From Pachysolen tannophilus NRRL Y-2460 (lineage: Eukaryota): a stretch of DNA of 64,000 nucleotides. The stretch lies in NCBI GenBank assembly GCA_001661245.1, contig KV454013.1, positions 652,502 through 716,501 of the forward strand, read 5' to 3'. Made by a program: the position numbers and the translations under genes. This document shows positions 58,501-64,000 of this stretch, piece by piece. The notes under the pieces were generated by a model that was not told where the DNA came from, made no database searches, and saw only the letters and a program-made list of their open reading frames with translations. The first letter of the stretch is position 1; each line of letters starts with the position of its first letter.

Positions 58501-61500
58501 CTCAAGATTCAAGTTTATTTGAGGTATATATCAAATCCGATAGTTGTATTTTATCGATACCTAAGATTATCGATACCTTGACTGTTGCGTTTAAAGATAA
58601 GGAGCGTGCTATAGATAACGTCAAAAAATTTGAAAACATTAGTGATAAAATTAAGAACCTTGTTAATACTACTAAAACGTATGTTGACGATAACAAGCTC
58701 GATGAAGGAAAATCAAAGCCAATTTTCACAAAATTTTCTAATGAAAATAAGTATTCTTGTCTTGTTACATCATTGGATAATTTCACTTATAGGTTGGATA
58801 CGAGGGACAATAACTTACTTTTTTATAACTATTCAATGAGTCAAATGCTTCATCAAATTGATAAAGTGAGTCCATTTGGCGAAATAAATTTACCTTCAAC
58901 CAGATTTTCTGTCTCGAATTCACAGCATAATATCAAGGAATTAACCGTATTGGATATTAATCTTGGGTTGAAAATCATTAATCCCGAGAAAATTGAACAT
59001 GCTTTGCAAACTATGCAAATTGAAGTTAATTTTTGTAGATTATGCTTGAATCCTTTATTATTAGTGGGTATTGTCAAACTTGTGAAAAACTTGACGATAA
59101 CTGTCAAAAGTTATAGACAAAATGAACTAAAAGTAACAGATAACAAATCAAAAGCCGTTGAAAATTCCGTGGGCTCCATTTTAAGTTTCTTTTCAATTCA
59201 TATATTGGCTTATAACATTTGTTTTGGTTGGATATTTTCAAGTACTCCAATGCATGATGATGATTATCCTGGTGTAATTATTGGATGTGAAAGAATTTTC
59301 GTTGTTACAGAAAAAGATGTTGGTAAACTTACACTTATCGATGCTTACTTGTCGTTAGCTCATGGATCCAATTGCTCTAACTTTTACAGCAACAAAAGTG
59401 AATTCGATTCTGCGAATCGTGCTTTCTTACCGAATGTTCAACTGAGTTATGCTGTATTAGAGGTGGATAGCCTCAAAAATGTTTATTCATCTGTTACAGG
59501 AGAACAATTGGATATTAAGCTAGAGTCTGCTGCTCTTGTTTTTATTGAAAAAACTTTGAAATCTATTGCGTTAGCGAAAGAAAATTTGGAATCTCTTCAA
59601 ATATTCGACACAGAAGCAACTGACTTTTCGAAATCTAACTTTTCTTCTCAATCTGATGATTCCAAGATTCATTCAATTGCTTGTATTATGAGCTTTGAAG
59701 GTGCAAAAATTTTGATTTATTCTGACGATTCAGGAAATATAGAAACCTCACCGTCTTTCTTTTTACACTCTCCAGCAGTTAGAACCGCTGTCGAATATAT
59801 TCGGAAACCAAATTCAATAAAGAAGCATAATATCAAAACGGAGATCTTAGCTTCATCTTCTAAAAATACATTATATTCGACTTGTGTTCCCATTATAGTT
59901 GATATATTCCATTACGTAAAAAAAATGATTCCTTCTTCAGATGCTAAAGACGAACCTCAAAATGTGAAGACCCCTCAAACGACAGAGGATATTGATATTG
60001 GCTCATTGTTATCTGATTTCAACATAAATATAGGCGTCCGAATTGAACCGCAGAAGCTAACTCTTAGTTGCGAGCCAACTGCTAAAGTTAAAGTTGTGGC
60101 TAGTTGTTCAGGTATTGACTTACATTTTGACACATGTGAAGATACTGGTGCAATTACCGGTGTCTTTGAAACAGAAGGTCTAAGGGCATCATTGCAGCAT
60201 ATTTATTCTCGAGAGATTAGTGGCTCTATTAATCTTGAAGAACTTTTAATTAGCGGTATTTATGATGCTGATAAGGAAAAGAAAATATTCACTGCTGGTA
60301 AAATCACCAATGTATTTTCTTATATCAATATTAAACAACTTCAAGATTTAGATCTTTTTAGAGATATTTGGGTGCCAGCAGCATTTTATGAAGAAGATGT
60401 TAAAACAGATGTGATTCAATCTCCAACAAAGCATAGCGGTAATCGGAATATAGCAGCGCGTGCTCGTGAAGTTTCGAAAACTGGTGCATTTCCATGGGTT
60501 ATCACTTTTATGATTTTAAACTTCAATTCAAAAGTTGACTTGGGAAAATCTTTGGGTGTAGTAACTTTGCATATGGATAGGTTTAGTGCAATATCTAAGA
60601 AATCCATTTCTTGGGAGCAAAATATGAAATTAGCGTTCGACACTATAACTTTAGTTTCAGAGGGTAGACTTGGGGGTGAAGTAGTTGTGAAAAATTTTTG
60701 TGTGCATACTGCGATTAGTTGGAAATTGAATAATGGTGTGTTTGATATTCCCTTGGTTTTACTTTCTGCTGGTTTAGATTCGCTTCAAGCAAAAGCGTCA
60801 CTTGATTTTCACGCTTTTTTCATATTTAATGTTGAAAACTTAAACGGAAGTTTGTTCAACCAACGAGACAAGACTAAATTTTTGCATGATGGTCTTTATG
60901 CTACGATTAATTTGGATTCAATTGAGATTTATTTTACAGCATTGACTGCCTCAAATTTCTGGGATATCTATAGCACTATTCTACGTATTCGTAAAGATAG
61001 TGAAATATCCTATAAGGAGGTTTTGCGTGATTCTGCTACAAAGAAATCTGAAGTTATGTTGAATAAAATTGATGATTCTTCGGATTCACTTTCTAAAGCT
61101 ATCGAAGCTTTAAAGACAGAGTTGATTGTTAGAATTGGTCGGATTTTAGTCCAAGTTTATCCAAGTTCGTTATTTGATTCTCAAGTTTTATTGTTCAAAA
61201 TTGGCGAAACAAAAGTAATTTTTTTACAAGATACCACAGGTAAACTAGAAAGCAAGTTAGATTTAAAATTACAAGATTGTCTGCTTTCATTATCAAATTT
61301 CAAAAAACCATTCATGGATGAAAATGATATAAAATCGGTATCTATCGACAATTTTGTTAGAAATTCTCGTGAAGCAAAAGGCGGTACAATATTTGTTTTC
61401 CCATCTGTTCTAGTAGATATGGATATTTGGAAATCCCTGGACTCTAACATAATTGAATATATTTATCATAGTTCCTTTGGTGGTAAAGTCGATATTCGTT

Positions 61501-61895
61501 GGAATTTAGGATCAGTAAATTTCATTCGTGAAATGTGGGCCACACATGCAAGAGCATTATCTACTCGTCTTGAAACCTATAGAAGAAATAATACTTTTGA
61601 GAAAATTGAAGAAGAATCAAACTCTACCCACAGGAAAGGTAGCATTTTTGCTGCCGTTAATATCGAAGATAAGTTGAAGGATGTCGAATTAGATTCAAAG
61701 TACGTTTATGTCCCTGTATCAACTCCGATTATTGAAGCTCCTCAATTAAAAGAATTAGGTGATGCGACACCTCCGTTAGAATGGTTTGGCTTGCATAGAC
61801 AAAAATTCCCGGACATGACACACCAGTATATAATTATCAGTTTACAAAAAATGGTTAATGAAGTTGAAACACAATACGAAAGAGTTTTGACGTAA
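52593..61895 (+). CDS. CSF1: Csf1/BLTP1 bridge-like lipid transfer protein
   Basis: About 3100 aa; N-terminal TM plus FYFNR, ISFLGGR.FFKN, YGPWAHRER, FGLPPVEPTYFCKWD and PQLKELGDATPPLEWFG. ATG at 52593. Confidence 0.95.
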   Translation: MSYETLLIPMNSSIDQDRVFLVYWILALCSSITIIFYFNRYVGFMISFLINKFLQLYLRYEIRIKVQSFKISFLGGRFFFKNFSIITKDYTLLVLQGSLTWRYWLRLPRKTKLELDDENLKNDSLASRFLLQIDGCEMFLYNRSVAYDNLMDFIKRSDATASEEINNAFEEHDFFSSDTSDSKNKAQQNNSLSDNEKDANTIVNVDNEIAIKNNNNRFKLFSRMDLFPISLTVKKGSLVIGNETTSSILVISYQSIDNGLIDLTKCGNKLDLHGIEYTMNLNNLKVSLTKNYSYKNTSVDYKTKKKHKNLQRFKKTKLYKILEKILFGNQKKKPAFAKEQEWVGLLRYLGQDHSFINVKHHEIEQEEYARYTTILDSKLCNFNYYYDIPGFVPRVQEPLLESTDIGNSGSLPKTGITFELSHSTVHYGPWAHRERIDLHKMIFPSACRDAIPFSYLKPGSRRRYTEFNIKVDIKDDLVMRVPFRELTKRTEDHEKDLSKNNETLIEEEEKDVEEGKTKNSKRVIPFSWIDIKVSGGTYSSISTSYIPTLENGFQNNLNLVLIKPEIRTSINHDIFFQSSRHEIDCNLNFPLEWNGLTKWYFNNSSTNSEIFLLRDHIYLLSYLVGDFSLGAPPQYELFKPFKYFINWKFNSGYKIFLNINDSNIINNPLDFNDNVFLSIQGDSLDFGLEIPLDNILRKSTLLPYSIRTLAFKLILDTPPWHTLNNFLKDNVVGHSENFVITGSYISNSKVDINAIDSISIDCNCENTVLQTYGFIIKYLMKIRENYFGDHKHFKTLDEYITGLNKIPSGVKEAFHDSYAEANASEVKSDNLNSAETNADAGSNLRNHHFLRIENELDVLFSFFVKKAAIILPSHLYNCDSFISLFFDTLDVDLRYTNYYMDFQANTSEVRSKVAEVTKSDTNFYDYVFEIDMSEPDLLINEGVSIHGHRMFGLPPVEPTYFCKWDFTTGVVILNDTRTNKFLSCMETCMNNLHLSRKDIENALLVDVPIIYDITVITFSCPSILLILDPSSEKHSKNPRLEITLSDISFDFNDFANDRYSKRINFKAPDISLKLVDKETGCLKGCLETTLIVTNFIQSQDFENKRNLQQTHIRINDAPFHRLPYFVELENRNKNYNKLYKIIKPSIILPDLPPPLNSQSVDFVFEELPFFDDNYWDENSSEENPSTSESFKSIRLKNISSNLGNANTPDLKNKPSLLGENFPNFCFYSTSEFTPLYAPDPNYEYDNFIINLGSVKAFLAPSSLSVFPDLIDNLDSFTVENVMDSLQSTIITHLQNHLKLPSSVINIRFVSPTVDFKLGEFENIQTMDEVFDYNVENLKGYASHIDVKIVNPSLVASVKKTKGSNGLLGAMHKDLIEVEKHLALHIREVKIGLVKYERESDISIFAGDSYMLSFSLNDLEFWATSTIGITRSFNIRTLDVSLDSNNLIWIGNFLSKNINNFLFVFNELKSSSSNKKKSEVELLYSLSVASANYGVEHDPAVLTKPAYITRSSTSHIRSKDSWKVLTRLRHVLQNLPPEWLENTNKSFQTRSWEAPAESLNAVLDVFKRWRSWEFSDIEHCYVFKYVFDLPLVAVNEKKTYENSNLHFGIEGLTLRLIALDIEDDYVSIDYLALSVFIEREIFLPEFLLLNMDDDTDRKGLNINVVFSLGSLRDKISPVIFKLKELWENIDITRHKPNSSSNASINHENESFEDQSPKKHVPMCLNVSCVIDKIFHKLKVDKTGLSITYNDLALTTLIITTCDLKNNLPFDVVLACDYMESEVFLNESAVLSHVIKESNIIFSSAGTLDEGLKRMEISSKELGFKCDQGTDEYILLVDTILDNELKFFDPLKEMKASYNKHRKPYLLPEISDDSSNSFAPKLLSDFIKFSFLVSFKVDQINWDIEVLSPLKFNGIIGGVSSQIHIVKDVLVSDIQFDSMTTNLISSKNGIETFLYLKTELSNLNLFAKALLSQDSSLFEVYIKSDSCILSIPKIIDTLTVAFKDKERAIDNVKKFENISDKIKNLVNTTKTYVDDNKLDEGKSKPIFTKFSNENKYSCLVTSLDNFTYRLDTRDNNLLFYNYSMSQMLHQIDKVSPFGEINLPSTRFSVSNSQHNIKELTVLDINLGLKIINPEKIEHALQTMQIEVNFCRLCLNPLLLVGIVKLVKNLTITVKSYRQNELKVTDNKSKAVENSVGSILSFFSIHILAYNICFGWIFSSTPMHDDDYPGVIIGCERIFVVTEKDVGKLTLIDAYLSLAHGSNCSNFYSNKSEFDSANRAFLPNVQLSYAVLEVDSLKNVYSSVTGEQLDIKLESAALVFIEKTLKSIALAKENLESLQIFDTEATDFSKSNFSSQSDDSKIHSIACIMSFEGAKILIYSDDSGNIETSPSFFLHSPAVRTAVEYIRKPNSIKKHNIKTEILASSSKNTLYSTCVPIIVDIFHYVKKMIPSSDAKDEPQNVKTPQTTEDIDIGSLLSDFNINIGVRIEPQKLTLSCEPTAKVKVVASCSGIDLHFDTCEDTGAITGVFETEGLRASLQHIYSREISGSINLEELLISGIYDADKEKKIFTAGKITNVFSYINIKQLQDLDLFRDIWVPAAFYEEDVKTDVIQSPTKHSGNRNIAARAREVSKTGAFPWVITFMILNFNSKVDLGKSLGVVTLHMDRFSAISKKSISWEQNMKLAFDTITLVSEGRLGGEVVVKNFCVHTAISWKLNNGVFDIPLVLLSAGLDSLQAKASLDFHAFFIFNVENLNGSLFNQRDKTKFLHDGLYATINLDSIEIYFTALTASNFWDIYSTILRIRKDSEISYKEVLRDSATKKSEVMLNKIDDSSDSLSKAIEALKTELIVRIGRILVQVYPSSLFDSQVLLFKIGETKVIFLQDTTGKLESKLDLKLQDCLLSLSNFKKPFMDENDIKSVSIDNFVRNSREAKGGTIFVFPSVLVDMDIWKSLDSNIIEYIYHSSFGGKVDIRWNLGSVNFIREMWATHARALSTRLETYRRNNTFEKIEEESNSTHRKGSIFAAVNIEDKLKDVELDSKYVYVPVSTPIIEAPQLKELGDATPPLEWFGLHRQKFPDMTHQYIIISLQKMVNEVETQYERVLT

Positions 61896-62168
61896 TTTTA
61901 CAAAAACATTTTTATAGAGCAATTATAATGATTTTAATGATTAGAAAATGCTGTAGATGAACTAAAATAAAGTAAATTTATTTCTTTCCGATTTTTGCTA
62001 TTTATCTTTTACTAATGATTATAGAGTTACATCGCGTATACGTTTCTGGAAGAAGAAAAAAATAAAAAAAAAAAAAAAAATAAAAATAAAAATTTAAACT
62101 CGTTGAGTCTTTGATGAAGATAACTTTAAAATACATTGAGATATCAACCAAGAGTAGCATCTCATATC

Positions 62169-64000
62169 ATGGCATTAATTGAGAAGATAAGAAGGGCTTT
62201 TGAAAGATATGATTTGGTACCAAAGCTAAAGAAATCATTGTCTTCTATATCGATATTACTAACAATAGTAGGAATAGTGTGGATACTTGTACTTCCGATA
62301 AAGGGACAATTTAGAAATACTTATATCTCAGAAAATGCTTTGATGCCATCACAAGCCTACAGTTTTTTTAGAGAAAGTGAATGGAATATATTGAGAGGTT
62401 ACAGATCTGAAGTTGTCAAGCTTGAATCTTTACCAATAACAGCTCGAAATGATGTATTAGAGATTTGGTTAAAAAGCTTGGGTTATAAGACATCGAAACA
62501 CCAATATCATGAATTACATAGCAACAAATCAAGTGGTGATACCGGTGAAAACTTTTACGCTATTATGCATGCTCCTAGAGGGGATGATACAGAGGCAATG
62601 GTATTAGCTGCTCCTTGGGTTACATCAGACGGTGAATTTAATACTGGAGGAATATCTTTAGCAGTATCTATGGCCAATTATTTTTCAAGATTATCTATAT
62701 GGTCTAAAAATATAATCATTTTAATTCCTGAAGATAACAAGTATGCCTTGCGATCATGGGTTGAGGCCTATCATAACTCGTTGGATAAAACTGCTGGTTC
62801 TATTGAGTCTGCCATTGTCATGGAGTACCCTTCAGATGGTGATCATTTAGAATACATTGAGGTAGAATATGAAGGATTGAACGGTCAATTACCAAATTTA
62901 GATTTTGTGAATTGTGCCGTTTTCATTGGAGAACATGAGGGATTTAAGATTTCATTGCAAAATACTCCGGTTTCAAAACTAACGAGTAACACCTATTTTG
63001 ATAGATTAGCAATATTGTTGAAAGGTATCAAAAATTTAGCTATCTCAGGTGTAAGGAAATCAAATGGTTGTGAATCTTTCAGTGGTTGGAATATTCAATC
63101 GATAACTATAAGAGCAAAAGGAGTAAATGGTTCTCATGATATCACGAAATATGGTAGAGTTGTTGAAGCTTTATTCAGAAGTGTTAATAATCTATTGGAA
63201 AAATTTCACCAATCTTTTTTTTTCTATTTAATGTTACAGCCAAGAAATTTTGTTTCAATTGGTACTTATTTACCAAGTGTTGGTATAATAGCTGTTGGTT
63301 TTGCATTTATGTCGTTGAATAGTTTTTTCAATAATAGTTTCACCTATTCACAAATGATTGGTGGATTAGAGAAAATGTGCATTACTTTCTTAGTTGTAAT
63401 TATAAGCAGCATAATTTTTGGAATATCGTTATTAGTTTCAACAAATCACATTAACTATAACTTGTTGACACAATTTTTGATATCAAGTTGTGTCTTAATG
63501 TCATTAATGCCAATAATAAATTTACAAACAATCAAAATTACACTGAAACCAACATTTTTATACCTTTTTCAAAGTGCTTCATATTTGTATATTACAATGT
63601 TACTGGCCTCGCTATCAGTCGTCCATTTTGCATTAGCGTTTAGCATTGCTGTCCTATGCTTGCCATTATTATTTGTCAAAGTTCAACAAACAACAATGAT
63701 CAAATTACAACCTTTTATAAACTCTATAGCATTATTGTTATCGTGTCCATGGTTCAGTATTGTCTTACTTTACTACTCCCTCAAAGATTTCGATAGCATG
63801 TCTTCTATAACACGAAACCTATTAACTTCGTGGTCAGAATTACAGTCCTGGACTTGGTTCGTCATTATATTCGGTTGGTTACCTGCATGGTTATGTTTTG
63901 TCATTACAGGTAGTATTCTTCCTTTGCCTCAAGTCGAACATCTGGAAAGAAAAAAACTCCCGGTTATCACCAGCAGCAGCAGTATTAAAAAAAAGGAGAA
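62169..64000 (+). CDS. GAA1: GPI transamidase subunit Gaa1 (3' end runs out of the window; absent from the ORF track)
   Basis: Manual translation: MALIEK...RNTYISENALMPSQAYSFFRESEW, HAPRGDDTEA, WSKNII, GLNGQLPNLD and NNLLEKFHQSFFFY. Confidence 0.95.
   Translation, partial: MALIEKIRRAFERYDLVPKLKKSLSSISILLTIVGIVWILVLPIKGQFRNTYISENALMPSQAYSFFRESEWNILRGYRSEVVKLESLPITARNDVLEIWLKSLGYKTSKHQYHELHSNKSSGDTGENFYAIMHAPRGDDTEAMVLAAPWVTSDGEFNTGGISLAVSMANYFSRLSIWSKNIIILIPEDNKYALRSWVEAYHNSLDKTAGSIESAIVMEYPSDGDHLEYIEVEYEGLNGQLPNLDFVNCAVFIGEHEGFKISLQNTPVSKLTSNTYFDRLAILLKGIKNLAISGVRKSNGCESFSGWNIQSITIRAKGVNGSHDITKYGRVVEALFRSVNNLLEKFHQSFFFYLMLQPRNFVSIGTYLPSVGIIAVGFAFMSLNSFFNNSFTYSQMIGGLEKMCITFLVVIISSIIFGISLLVSTNHINYNLLTQFLISSCVLMSLMPIINLQTIKITLKPTFLYLFQSASYLYITMLLASLSVVHFALAFSIAVLCLPLLFVKVQQTTMIKLQPFINSIALLLSCPWFSIVLLYYSLKDFDSMSSITRNLLTSWSELQSWTWFVIIFGWLPAWLCFVITGSILPLPQVEHLERKKLPVITSSSSIKKKE

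Overview
This is an AT-rich budding-yeast (Saccharomycotina) chromosomal segment from a draft assembly with five N-gaps. It holds about 31 protein-coding genes, mostly conserved housekeeping: RKI1, RPS7, a YNL115C-like hydrolase, CMR2/DIP2, a UBL-CaaX protein, AAC/PET9, DMA1/2, TRS33, DCR2, SMX2, a CTF19-like gene, GNA1, a GH47 mannosidase, a FUS2-like gene, a GCR1_C factor, RTN1, complex I NDUFA5, ACB1, EMA19, HST2, a Rieske choline monooxygenase, a SENP8-like protease, a TMEM170/MAY24-like gene, COA2, YKU70, MRPL33, a RhoGAP, CSF1 and a partial GAA1. Main observations: (1) in-frame CTG codons fall at conserved Ala positions in several genes, pointing to the CUG-Ala genetic code (Pachysolen/Nakazawaea clade), so the supplied translations are probably wrong at CTG; (2) a four-exon RAD51-paralogue-like gene with a degenerate Walker A (12999-14046) is mostly invisible in the ORF track; (3) five genes need intron-corrected models, several with relaxed splice signals; (4) there is a structured GC-rich island between YKU70 and COA2; (5) RKI1 has a possible mitochondrial presequence. 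I recognised no tRNA, rRNA, transposon or CRISPR. All family assignments come from recalled motifs, not database searches.
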